Assembly (NCBI GenBank): GCA_964035545.1
Contig: OZ037767.1
Coordinates: forward strand, 2,739,680 to 2,803,679
Direction: 5' to 3'
Origin: Bugula neritina
Taxonomy: Eukaryota; Animalia; Bryozoa
DNA: 64,000 bases
Below, in pieces: positions 26,310 through 51,638 of the stretch; position 1 is the stretch's first letter; the number at the start of each line of letters is the position of its first letter. The position numbers were made by a program, and so were the translations under genes. The notes under the pieces are model-generated. The model saw only the letters and a program-made list of their open reading frames with translations, did not search any database and was not told the origin of the DNA.

Positions 26310-29300
26310 ATGAAGTTAACAAGTGAAGTTCAAGTTGTTAGTAGGCTATGCCCAACACTCAACATAAAGACTTCTGCAAAGGCAGTGCGCTGCCAGCTAG
26401 CTATAGGTAAAAAACCCGCTAGCGCTGACAAGACTATATTTATTATGATTTCCACAACTCAGAATCTCAGTGGTCACTTTTATAAGGTAGGAATGGCTTC
26501 TTTGTTGGTTTGTAGAGCAATCTTGACTAAAAGAGAAATAGCCTAAATAGGAAATTCATGCTAAAAGGTCTAATTAAGACTACCTATGTGGTATATTGAA
26601 GAGGCTCCACACACCTTGTACCATCCATGCTTGTGTAGTTGCCATAAACACGTGTCTATTTGTACTAATCATGCTTAAACAGGCACCTTGACTGCATGTT
26701 ACTTTGTGTAAGCATATGTGCAGATTGTGTGAACAATTTAGTTGCACAAGTACTTTATACACCATACATTTTAGATACATGAGAACATTGAAGCCATTCA
26801 CTGTAAATTCATCAATGAAGGTAAAGCTTCCATAAGGGTAAAACAGCCAGCTATGGACATCATGATCAGTAAAGTAGGTTGAAAAGACGTACCTATATAT
26901 TTATTGACGTGCATTATGCTAGTTTAACAGTTTGTGAACCATAGTATCTCGGATGTTAATGTTTGTATGTCTATGAGGTATTTGAGAGTTACTTTATTAA
27001 CATGCTGTAATATTAATCAATGTAGGCACAACGTACAATGTGCGCAGTTTGGTGATCACCAACTGACAAACATATTACTCTTTGCTATCTGCTTGTAATG
27101 CAAAGAATTATAACATTGAGCTACCAACATGCTATGTCTAATGTATTATGTTGCGTGCACTCACGCACTCACACGCAGTATGCATTAACACATACAGCAT
27201 TTGTTTTTGTTTTTAGGCTGATGGTTCACAACTGAAGAAATTCGTGCAGCTAATTAAAATGGTCGTGATGAAAGGTTCTCTCGATGACGGAGAGGGTAAC
27301 AGAAACTTTGTTGAAATTATTGAGATTGCATTTGTTTCCCATTTTCTACATTTATGATACATAGACTAGCAAAATATAGCATTGTATAGCATAGTCTAGA
27401 TTAGCAAAGTATAGCATTGTATAGTATAGCATAGATTAGCAAACTATAGCATTATATACTATAGCGTAGATATTAGCAAACTATAGCATTATATACTATA
27501 GCATAGATATTAGCAAAGTATAGCATTGTATAGTCAAGCATAGCATAAATATTAGCAAAGTATACATTAGAATATATTAGCATTGTATAGCTTAGTTTTG
27601 TATAGCAAAGTATAGCATGCTCTCAATGTGGTATCTGTTTGCAGCTCCGAGCCAGCTCTCCACTCTGACTCCCGTTACAGGAAAAGCCTTAAATAATGTG
27701 AAAGTTAAGAAGATATGCGGCAGAGAAAACTATCCAATCACAGAAGGTTTCTCATCTGGTCTAACTCACTTACAGGTCAGATATACACACCATGTTATTT
27801 CTATTGAGAAATTAGTAACATTTCTTTCCACTAGTATTCAGTTTTAATGAGTTCCAACTTAAGAAAACTGTTAGAGCTAGGGTTTTTAGAATAACTCCAC
27901 AATTTAAACTATTTGTGTTTTGGCTATAACATATGTCGGTGTATGTACAAGGGAAGTTCTTGTTAAAATGCTATATTTATTTTATTATATAAACTCATAC
28001 AAGCTTATAGTCACCATCTCTTTGAGAGAACCCCTGATGGAAGGGGATTTTGTTCAAGTGGGCTAAGGAATTATTCAGATGGGGCACAGGAGCAATTATG
28101 ACTGAATGCTCTTTCTAACATTACCAATGGAATTTGCTGGGGTTCAAACCCATGACTTCGTGTTCACTAAGTAAATGCTCTAACCCCTAGACCACGGCTG
28201 CTCCCTATTTATTTTATTATATATAATGACATGAAAGCAGTTCTCATTGGTTGTACACGCTGGTGTTGTAGATAAGTGACTGTCGCCTCAGGAAGTTAGA
28301 CTCTCGGGTATTAGGATTACAAGATCTCACACAACTCGATTTGAGTAATAATAAACTAACATTTGTACCTCCCGAGTTAAGAGAGCTGCCTCTTACACTG
28401 CTAAACCTTAGCAAGAATAACATTAGCAACTTCAGCGAAGATTTCTGTAAGGAAAGCACATTGAGTTCTTCTCTACAAACACTCAACCTAGAAGGTATTT
28501 ATTTTCTGCAGATATCAGTTTCTGCAGCTGTTAATTTTCTGCAGATATTCATTTTTTGCAGGTATTTGTTTTACATGTATATACTATACAATATTGTCAA
28601 CTCTAAAATAATTGTTATGTTTTCAGATAACCCGAAACTGTCAAGGTTACCAGTCACCTTACATAATCTGTCAAGACTTCACACACTCAATGTTAACAGG
28701 TGCTCTCTCACACGCCTTCCATCAATGATTGGCTTCATTAGATCGCTATGTTTCCTCTATATAGCCGATAATAAAATCAAAACATTGCCCCATAGGTACG
28801 TTTTAGCAGCACCATAAACTCAACGCTGTCTTTTATTCTTTATACTTTGCATTTTTTTTTTAATATATTTTATACTAAAATAAAGTATTATCATGATTAT
28901 TCTGTGAAATTCAACTAAACCAGGCATTGAGGCTAGTGATAAGTTGACATGGTATAATAACTCCTGTTGGTAGGCTGAGTAGTTGTGACACTCAGTCTAT
29001 GAGTTGACTGCATGGTATATCTATCAATCAGTCAAAGTTTTGACTGACTTTATATATGTTTAGTTTTCTGAGGTTACGGCTGGACCAACTGCAAGCGTCC
29101 GGAAATGAGTTCATTGCACCAACAGATGTGGTGGAGAGTCGGTTCCAGTCCCCCGTACCGAGTCTGGAGGAGCTGGCAGCCAGGGCTCTGAGGCTTCACA
29201 AGTATGTATTTGCCGTTTGTGCTGTTTGAAATAGAAGACAAATCCTAAAAGTTGCAGTACCTCATTGCTTGGGAAGCGTTGGCTGTATTATCACACATTT

Positions 29301-29871
29301 GTAGAGGGTTTTTTTGCTGCGCTATTATTATCATTATGTTATAGCTTTGTTATAATATGTAATAATATTTTAGATAATATAAATATAATATAATATATAT
29401 TATACTATATAATATAGTAGCATTATATTTTTATTTTATTATAGTATTTTTTCTCACCTATCTCTGCTTTGTCCTGTTGTTTTACTATAATATATTATAT
29501 TATATATATTATAATATTATTTTTCGGATAAATTGTTTATTTGAACTCAGCTGCCATTGTAGGATTTCATATTATATTATATCTTATGATTTTGTAGTGT
29601 TTCTGTTACAAGAACACAAGTGTTTCCAGACATGTGGCAGTATTTGAATTCAGCCAAGAAGTGTTTCTGTGGAGGTTATTGCTTCGAGTCTTTCGCTTGT
29701 TTCCTCAATCACGTCCCTCTCATCCGACTGTGCAGAGTATTCAGTACGACGGCTGGTACTAATGCGATGGAGGGACCCGTAGAGTGTTTCCTCTGCTCTC
29801 CAGAGTGTCTGAGGACCTTCTATGGCAGTAGACAATCAGTGCAGCGGTTTTATGCACCTTCTAGTTCTTAG
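26310..29871 (+). CDS. LRR1: Leucine-rich repeat protein 1 (CRL2 substrate receptor, PPIL5)
   Basis: Exons 26310-26486, 26775-26873, 27217-27295, 27645-27775, 28272-28494, 28627-28795, 29064-29201, 29598-29871. N-terminus MKLTSEVQVVSR..ENIEAIHCKFINEGKASIRVKQPAMDIMISKA resembles the LRR1 N-terminal domain; then LRRs, BC-box PSLEELAARAL and Cys-rich end (KCFCGGYC..FLCSPEC). Confidence 0.92.
27360..27617. repeat. Intronic tandem repeat (TTAGCAAAxTATAGCATT-type, about 35-39 bp)
   Basis: Visible degenerate copies in LRR1 intron 3. Confidence 0.75.
27992..28205 (-). mobile_element. tRNA-derived SINE, copy 1
   Basis: On - strand: A box TGGTCTAGGGG, B-box-like GGTTTGAACCC; 18-bp direct repeat TATTTATTTTATTATATA at 27974-27991 and 28206-28223; homologous along its length to 39496-39708. 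Confidence 0.85.
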
Positions 29872-32800
29872 TGCTAAAGTTAATAGAGTCATATCGGGAT
29901 AATCTCCCCATTATTTTTTATTTTCATAAATCTCATGTGATTCTAATAAACAAATAAGTATTTTTCTCTCAGGGTTTTAGAGATTTTATTGCAATGTAAA
30001 TTATTTAAATTTTTAGTAGAATGCTGCGAAAGTACTGTTTGCATAATATTTTTTGTACTTTTGATGAATTACATAATGTAAGTAAAGGACAGAATCTAGT
30101 CTACAGTTAATAATATTTATACAAATACAATCTTAGTAAAGCTGATGGTGAAATGTGTGACCACTATTCTCCTGCAATTGGCTAGACCCAAAATCTCTAA
30201 AGTGTATACTCTGTAAATTACATTATATCTGCACTTGTTAGTTTTGTGACTTTCGTCTTACAACAAACCTGAGATGCAAGCTGAAGACACACCAGTGAAA
30301 GACACAAAAGTTTTTATAATTCATTTGCATCTCTCAAGCCACATGCGCAATCTTGTAGGAAGCCTTGAGTAAAGGTTTATGGCTGTTCAACTTATAAAGT
30401 AATAAGCAAAAGTAGTCTAATAGAAAGTTAAGATGATGTGCTTTTCAAATGTTAAAAGGCTTTTAGGTCAGCCAATCAACACGGCCCTTATAAACAGCTT
30501 GAGAATGCTTGAGTTAACGACCTTGACTATGACTATTGAATGTAGTTATCTAATTGACTATGCTGTGTAAGAATATATCATGAAGAATTTCATACTTTGA
30601 GTATAAGTATAGCTAATCAATAGTATTACCACTCAATGTTCTCTTTGCACACAAACATATAAGATATTTTTTTACTTTCGAATGATTCAATTGGTCGAAT
30701 GGCTTTCAGAAGTTTGTTCACCTTCAACTCTCGGTTTACTTATCTGTTATATTGCACTGTGTTTGTAAACATGGACAACATCTTTCCAAATTAGTTACTT
30801 CTCAGTGTTTCTGACAAAAGTCTGGATCAGTCTATTTTACTTCACACCCAAGACACTCTTGGACTTCAAACTGAAGATTTCAGACACATAAATTCTAACA
30901 GTGAGTTATTCTATAATATGTTTCATTTTATATACTAATTTATTAGCTAGGAAGATATTTATAGCTAGCAGAACTTGCCTAAGATTTAAATTGAGATTTC
31001 TACAATAAAAAGATATTATATGCTCAAAAGTTAAGCTTTGTAAAAAATAGTTTTATATTTATTTCAGGTGTAATCTATTCATTTAATAAAACATAATAGA
31101 GAAGATAGCATATTTCTTGTTATCCCTAACCCATACAAATTTGTTACAAATATTATAATTATATATGTAAGTTATGCTAACTGTTGAGCTCCCCCCCCCC
31201 CAACACTAGTAAACACTGTGTTTGTTTTCACGCACTTTTTGATGACTATATGGAATAAGTTATACAGCTTTTGATAAAGGAAAATGGAAACTGAATACAT
31301 ATAATGACTTTAAATGTAATAAAACATTCCATCATTCAGAGGGTTTTTGAGAGAAAAGTAATGAAACAGCGCAGAATATACTTATTACAACCACTACTAT
31401 ATACAGACTACACTATTATTATTCTTGAGAAAGTATAGCAATTTCCTTGGAATATTGAAGCTCTATTGCACAACTTGACTTTACAAGAGCATCTAATCAA
31501 TGCTTTATGTCTAGTGTTTACTCAGTTGCAAATCATACAAGTATTTCACATGACATAATCCTATGATAACTTTTCCAAGTCTTCTGGCATATAGCATGTT
31601 TATTATGAACTATATTATCAGAGGTTGTTTCAACACGTTCCTATGGTTACCAGTAAATTATAATCACTATATAGAATGCCATGTTACAATTATAATCTGC
31701 TTGTATGCCCAATACAATAATATCTATACATATTAAATATTTGTTCAAAGCTAAGTTTAATTTATCAAATAAAATTAATTTGAGAACCTCAGGTAACTTA
31801 TTTGTATAGTTTGTAGTATATATCATTATGTATAATACCATATAATAAAAAACATAAGTAATATAGTATAATGACGCATATATTCCTTTACAATTTAGGT
31901 AGCTACAATCTAATTGAATTATACATTAGACTAACAGCAGCAGTGGGGTTTGGGGTTAGCTTTAGTTGAGTTCAGCTGTTTCTGATAGTTTAGAGTTAAA
32001 ATGCGGCTGAGTAATTTAATGGGCAGATAACTTCATTTGTGTTGGTTTTTTCTAGAACTTAGATTTTGGGAGAACAGCTTGTTCTTATAATCATTGCTTT
32101 TTCATAAAAGCTAATTTGCATTGTAACTTGTCTTTATATGTTGGCATGTGGAAGTGTACTAAAAATATCACAAAAGCTACAATGTAGTAATGACCTAGTA
32201 GCTATTGGAAATAGTTTGTATGTAATATAATTCAATTAATATTAAACAGGTTTCATAATTGTATTATGGCATTATAATGTTATCATAGAATCTGGTGGTA
32301 TTGTATTAGGCTGTTCTATTCTATCAGTATATAAAACTACCTTTTTAAATTTCATTGCATGAAACTAGTAGTTAAATAAATTCTATTTGAAGTCAATGAC
32401 TAAAAGTTACATTTTCTAAAATTAAATATGCTACTAAGTACAATATTTAAATTTTGGTGACTAAGTTAAAGGTAAAGCATTTATATATCTTTACAATTTT
32501 AGAATTTTATATCAATTGTTCCAATATCTATGGGCTTCACACTGGTTTTTTTTGTAAGAAAATTTTTTCTGTAAGTATCACTTTCATTTCTTAAGAACTT
32601 TGGTGTGTCAAGTTAAAATATTTTATGAAAGCTATGGAGACTATAAACTTTGTTGGTATTATTTATTGTGATGCATGTTTCAAAGAGAGAACTTTCATAA
32701 AAAAGAGAACTAAACATTAGTAATTTGTACTCACAAAACATGAAAGGTGTGAAAATTAGTGTCAAATGTATCAAGTTAATTCATTATTTATTCATTCATT

Positions 32801-33155
32801 TCATTTGCAGTGAATAATTGTTAGAATTTTTTTGACACATGCATAGATATTTAGAGTCTCCAGTGTAAAACACTTTGCCAACACATTATCTGTCCAGATC
32901 ATGGGGAAAGCTGCAAGACATCGCCGCAATTAAAGATTTTGCTTCTCATGCAAATGTATAGCCTAAGTTCTAAAAGTTAAACAACCTATGAACGTTTAAG
33001 GAGATGTGATTGAATATATTTCTTTGTACTTCTTTTAAACTCAGTCTTATAAATAGCAATTTAGCCTTTGGGACTCGTGTTACAAGCAGTTCACATATTA
33101 ATTATTCATGGACTGTTGCACTATTTCTTAACTAATTCCTTGTAGACATGGAGCC

Positions 33156-44987
<11,832 letters not shown>

Positions 44988-46462
44988 ATATTTTTATTCC
45001 ATGTGAAATTTCACTGTTCACCGTTTAAAATTATTGTGCAACTTTTGTAAATTTATAACGTGGCGGTGATAAACGATAGTAAACATTTTGTTAATGTTGC
45101 TTTGTATATGCGAAATAATTGCATTAGAAATTTGTATCTAAGAAAAAATTTGTATTTAATTGTTTTTATATTAATCATTTGCAATAATATTGTTGATAAA
45201 GTAATAGTATTTAATAAAATATTGTTTTAACATTAGAAAAAACAGTGTTGTATAGTAAACTGCATAATATGCACATTACTCCCAGCCTGTCTATGAGATT
45301 TTTAAGCTTTTTATCAAGGTGCATTTATTCCTTCAAGATTTTTGATGAGGTTAATTTGACTGAGAAAACAGTTCCCACAAGTTTTTTTTCATTATATAAG
45401 AAATATGTTCAGGTAATCAATTTCTCAGCAGCTTTCAGTATACAGCTTAAGGGAATAGTTATATGACTTATTTAAAGGACATCAAATGAGACTTGGTTAA
45501 GCGACAGTAATTATAGTTATCAGTGAAGTTATCAATTTTATGCAGTTTTTGACACATGATATCTTTTTAAAAAGCAATATGCAACTCATGTATTGTGAAA
45601 AGAAGCTACACAAGGAAGGCTTAGCCTAGTTAAGTTAACTAAAACGCATTGTTGTTGTTGAGACGGTGACAAAATTCAGGGTGAAGACAAATTCATCCTC
45701 AATAGAGGTTTCCCAGTATATAGACTTTATAATTTATTTATTTGATTTTCGGAGTTTGAGGACATCAAAATAATATATCATTATACAATATTGATAAGCC
45801 TTTAAAAGAATAATCCAGAATCCCTCCTCACTTTTGAGCACAGCTTTTATAAGTATAGAATGATGAAATATATGTTGATAGAATACAATCTTCCGCTCCG
45901 GTGACAATAAACAGTTATATATTACTACCATAATACTCATAATAGTAATTGTCTTCTCTCTGTAAGAAAACCGTATAATATTACCCACAATACTTTTCTT
46001 GTTCTCTCTCTTCTTTATACGTAAAATACAGCAGTCTTGTCAACTACAACTCTATTAATTTTATCCCAACATTTAACATGAATAAGATGGCATCACTTTC
46101 CAACTCAACAACATAAGTACTAATTCAAACTTTAAAAATACTAGTATATCTATAAACAGTTATGTTGGAGTACAGGCAGTAGTTATGTAACAACATATTA
46201 AAAGCCTATAATAATGTTGTTTAAAAATCAGTTAGAATATAGCTGCTTGTCATAGCCAAGCTAAAATCTCTAAGTTCTATGGAAATATATTCTCGAATTC
46301 TACCATCATAAGATCAGAATATTTTTCATTTATGGTAATATTGAAAAGTTGCATTAAAAACTGTTTTAAAGCATGTTTTGTGCATCTGATGCTGTAGTAC
46401 TATGTTGCTAGCATTTGATCATTGTAAAGTTGGAACCAGCATGAATCCCATCTCTTACTCAT

Positions 46463-47944
46463 CTAGACTTTCTTTAAAATACCTTCTGCTTTTACATTTG
46501 CTTCAGTAATTTGGCTTCGTAGTCTTCCAGTCTACAAAATTGGATTTTTGAAGTTATCCAATTTTGCTTAAATTGAAGGAAAATAAATTCTTAAAACCTT
46601 TAGTTGTAACGTCAACATTTTAAACATTTCTCTCACACATAGGAAAGATAACTCTTCAATTTCACAGTGGTATTTTAGAAAACTGATAATAAATACTCTA
46701 TAAAGGAAAATACTAAGTTTCCTTTTACCTCTCCGCATATCTGACTCAGACTTTTGTTTTGTGTGTCTATTTCATTGCCTATATCAATAGACATGTTCTT
46801 GAGCACATTCACAGCATTGCTAACCGCTTGAAGGTCTTCTTCCATTTCCTCTTCTCTCGAATCATTCATAATTCTAATAATTCATATAATTTGCTGTGAA
46901 ATCGTATCTGAAAGTTTGTCTAATAAGTGGAACTATCATTTGTTCAAGTAGAATAGTAGCTCCTAAAGTTTAATAGCTTACAAAAGGAAAATAATATATA
47001 AGTAGAAGTTGAAGTAATTGAAAGCTAAACTTGTATGTCTAATAGTTAAAAAATGTGTCATTAATAACTGTAGCTATAAATCCTGAAGCTGCGTGATATG
47101 AATAAAAAAAAAGTTTATTAGTAAACTACTAGCTACTATGTCTCACAGTAATAGCAATCTCACCTACCTACCATGTTACACAGCAATAGCAAGCTCACCT
47201 ACCTACTATGTTACACAGTAATAGCAAGCTCACCTACCTACTATGTTACACAGCAATAGCAAGCTTACCTAGCTACCATGTTACACAGCAATAGCAAGCT
47301 CACCTAACTACTATGTTACACAGTAATAGCAATCTCACCTAGATGCTATGTTACACAGTAATAGCAAGCTCACCTAGCTACCATGTTACACAGCAATAGC
47401 AAGCTCACCTAGCTACCAAGTCACCAGCTGGCACTACTGCTCCACCAACCACTGTACGTGGCTCTTCTGATATACTTTGTTCTCCATTTTGATTATTCCA
47501 GCTGGTATCATAGTCTGGGTTTTTAGAATGTTTTGACCTGCGCATTGAGTACATAACAACTTTATATATTTTTAACGCATGAAATATGTAGACGGTAAAG
47601 AAGACTTACCATTGTACCCTTCCGAAAGTGCTTTTATGTTATTGCTACAAATTTATTTGTTTAACATGCATGTAACAAGTACAGCACTATAAAATGTATC
47701 ATACTCAAGCATAAAATGAGCACTGGTGTGTGGCAAATAGTATATTAGAAAGTAGCTCACCGTTTCCACGGTAACACACAAAGTCCACAACAACCTTCCA
47801 TGTCTTTCAAATTCTTTTTAGCTTCCTTCATGTCATTGTCCATTTTATTTACTCCTTCTTGTATTCTATCTATCTGTTCTGCATTACAGAATTACAGAAT
47901 TACAGAGTTACAGAATTACAGAATTACAGAATTACAGAATTACA

Positions 47945-48032
<88 letters not shown>

Positions 48033-49860
48033 CCTACACTGACTTAATTAGGCGAATCACAACATAAAACATAAATGCAGAAAGCAAAACATAACTTATA
48101 GTTTAGGAAGTGGCACATAAACACAGCAAAATTTGATATCTAGAAAAAATGATATAGACTAGTTATATAAAAAAATGCATAATTATTATAACATAGATTT
48201 GTACTAAATAAATAAATATAATATTATGGTTGTAATACTATAAGGCCACATAAAAGAATTTAAATCACATTCTACTAGCAGCTGAAAGAAGGTGATGAAA
48301 TATATTTATACAACGCATAACACCTGATATATTACCTCCCTGTTCATCCAGGTTTACTAAGATAGTAATCCCTGCATCTTTACTCTAAATATTAATATAA
48401 TGCATTAATTACTAATTATAAGTTACTTCTCTCTTTATTCTATGTACAGCGTCTAGTTGTTGAAATTGATTTAATTCATGGTTTTTATTTCGGAACTCTT
48501 TTGCCACCAATAACTGTTGTTTATTAATAATAAATACAAATATGTTATGATATTTTCAAATTGAACTAACCACTATGTGAAAACATCTAAGCAAGTAATT
48601 TGATTGTCTAAGACTCAATTGTTATGTTAGAATATATGATACTATAATAGCTGGTAAAAGATTTTTAAAACCAAAGCCCACTGGGATTTCTGCATAGAGC
48701 TAGGCCATTTTTAAATTGGATACATATATGTAGCTAAAAAATACTGTGTCACGTGACAAGTATTATAATTATTACATGTATTACAAGTCACTAAGCTTCA
48801 GAGATATATTTGAGAATAGTAGTTGTCTGTCCAATGTATGAGCTCTTTTCCACATCAATATAAGAAGCATTATATAACTTACCTCATTTACTAACTCTGT
48901 CATACGCTTGCAGCTTTCCATACTCTTTAAAAAACAAAGAATACACAAAGTTTAATATAATAACTTTAAACAATAATATATAATATTATATAACCACAAT
49001 GTCAATAACTGAGTTTAATATACAAAATAGATGTAATTGATAACTTTATGTAATACATTTTTTTTCTCAGTTCAATTTATCTTTTATTTAGAGAAGTCAG
49101 TAATCATATAATTATATAGAAATATATTATTTGAATGATACATGCCAAACATATGATTGTGTATACATATAATTAAAACATTTTGATGCAATGGTATTAG
49201 ATTAATTAATATCTTTTTGATCAGTTTGGCACTGTAAGGTCATCAAACTTTGTAATATACCACTTTTTATTCGAAATAGAGTAGCCATACAACTATAAAA
49301 TTTGAGATTATATAACTTTCTGTAAGTAATAAATAAAGCATTTGAAATCCAAGAACAAGTTTTGTAACAAAAACAAAAAAGACAATCTAATGTAAATATT
49401 TGCTTTTCTAACTATAATCTGAACAATAGCTATACTAGTTTTTGCCTTGCACATACACTAAAGTGAAAATAAGGACAAATATAAAAAATTTGTATAAAAT
49501 AATGAAAAACAAGCAACATATTCAAATTAAAATTATCAACTTATCAGAAAAAAGCAATAATATGTAAAGTTACATCATATCTAAGAAATTGATGCAATAT
49601 AATTTAGTTTGATGAGTTTTATGCACAAATTTATAACATGTAACTCTATGGGCTTAAATGCGACAGTGAAGTTTTGCAGGCCAGTATATAACTAATAAGT
49701 ATACACTACACTGTAAGTCAATTAGCATAGTTACCTCAGCTACAGTTTTATTAATCTGAATTTGTAGTCTCATATCTTCCCTCTCTTCGTTTGTCACAGC
49801 TACAGGCTTATACTCGCATTCGGTTTTTCTCAGGTTCTTTGCCCAACTGTTTTTCTTCAT
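46463..49860 (-). CDS. SNAP25: SNAP-25-like Qbc-SNARE, divergent tandem paralog
   Basis: Exons 49860-49735, 48924-48883, 48384-48336, 47878-47761, 47537-47409, 46873-46729, 46531-46463. The internal sizes 42/49/118/129/145 are identical to the upstream copy. [61 protein letters not shown]. Confidence 0.9.
47125..47417 (-). repeat. 35-bp tandem repeat whose unit contains the exon-5 end and splice donor of the SNAP-25 paralog
   Basis: Unit (+) ATGTTACACAGCAATAGCAAGCTCACCTAGCTACC, about 8 copies; on - strand it reads GGTAGCTAG|GTGAGCTT. Confidence 0.9.
47883..48029. repeat. (ATTACAGA)n octamer followed by (TA)n
   Basis: Directly visible; abuts the exon-4 acceptor of the paralog. Confidence 0.9.
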
Positions 49861-51569
49861 ATTTTTCTCTGACAGTACCTTAGCTAAAGTAACAACCTTT
49901 TCACTGCCTTTGCTATAGTCGGTTGTAGGAATTCTTCAACTCTATACTTGTAAATAATGTGTTATTACCAAGAATAAAGAATTTGTTAGTTTTGAGAAGA
50001 GCTCTGTCTGCCCCTTTTATACAAACACCAATATTGATTATTTAAACGCTACATTTCGAAATAATACACATCATGCATATTGCTTTACTTTCTTCAATAT
50101 ATTACTAATGCTGGGGCGGGCAGAAATCCCCATCAAAGTTTGTTTCAAAAGAGTATATATCAGTATATAGGTATCTCAGAGGAAAGCAATGATGAATCAT
50201 ACTGATCATCAGCTAATGGGGAAACTTCGCTGACCCAAGTTAATGAATAATAAATAGGTCAGCCAATCAAATGAAGGTATGTTACAGAACCGACTGTTGC
50301 AAACACTGTAATGTATTGATCAGAAGAAATAGGGAATACATTCAACTCCCAACAAAGTATAAACATATACCCACCCGCTGAAATATTAAAAATATTGTTA
50401 TTTTTCTGCTAGACATGATGCGGATGCATATAATAGTGGAGTGTACCATAAGAGCAGGTAAACTAGAAAGTCAATCAAAAATTTTATAGGATGAATAATT
50501 GAAGACCAAATGCAGTAATGAAACTGTTGCATAAAATAGGCATTCGAGAGAAAGTTTAAATGATTAGTCATAGTTATTTGAGGAAGGGGTGCGTTTAATT
50601 AAAGCTATGTATTTTAATGCAGCTTATAGTAGAATATATGCAGTTCTACTTCCCTCACCATGAGAAAATTCACATGGTAAAACGAATCATCAGCCAATTT
50701 CCTTCTAGTAATGTAAGCTAGTATAGACTCAAAGGGCCAATATAATTAATACTCTCCTCTAATGAATTTCTTCCAGTTGATATTATAAAGAAGTGACAAG
50801 TTAGATGCAAGCAGCTTTCACTTGAAAAGCCTTTCGCATAGAATAGCAACTTTTCCTCCACTTGAATGGCATAAACTTTGTTATTGAGCTTCTCACGTTG
50901 AGTACTATATGAATGAATAATTATAGAAAAGGTTTATGAATAAAAAGAGAATAAAACTAAAATGGATGAATTTAACTTTTTATTTTTATTATAATGATAC
51001 TACTTCATAGCGATATTGCATAACATATATTAGGTAATGTAGTCATGTGATCATAACAGATAAATAAAGCAACAGAAAATGTAAATGATGGTTGCCAAAC
51101 ACCAACATTAATGAATCTAACTTCTACTTGTTTTTAAGGAACTCCACAAACTACATCATTTGAAAATATTGTAGTAAAAATCTCCCAACCTATTTCAGAC
51201 TATAGCCTAACACATAATATTTAGAAAAGTAGAGGCGTAAAGACCAAATGCTATTATTAAACACACATGAACCCTCACCAAAATAAGTAATAACTCTAAA
51301 TGAATATAACATCGAAAAATACACAGACAAGCATGAGTATAATACAATTCAATGAATATTCATAATATAAATATAAAACGATTTCCAAGGCATAAAAAAT
51401 AATTTAACAAAGGAGTTAACATATGAGAAGACAAGCTACTTCAACTTAGTACACTTGGTGTCAACATCTGCCTAAATAGTAGGCTATAAATAGCCTGGCG
51501 ATGAGTCATGTTGAATATTTTGACAGCTCATTTACAAGTAGAGTAGGTTCTTGTAGTTGTATGGTTGGA

Positions 51570-51638
51570 CTAAGACTTTCTCAGAATACTAATGGCTTTT
51601 TTATTTGCGTTGTCCACTCGATTGTCCAGGGTTTCAGC
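51570..51638 (-). CDS. SNAP25: SNAP-25 alternative last exon 7b ([22 protein letters not shown])
   Basis: AG acceptor, phase 0, aligns residue for residue with exon 7a ([21 protein letters not shown]). Confidence 0.8.
   Translation of the reverse strand, partial: AETLDNRVDNANKKAISILRKS

Noticed and set aside
30000-33100. Possible additional gene between LRR1 and the GluN3-like gene
   Set aside because: No in-phase exon chain or protein motif found; probably UTR and promoter sequence.
51436-51471. Possible third SNAP-25 last exon (ADVDTKCTKLK*)
   Set aside because: It has an AG and begins AD, but is too short and lacks the R-x-x-x-A-N pattern. More likely 3' UTR of exon 7b.
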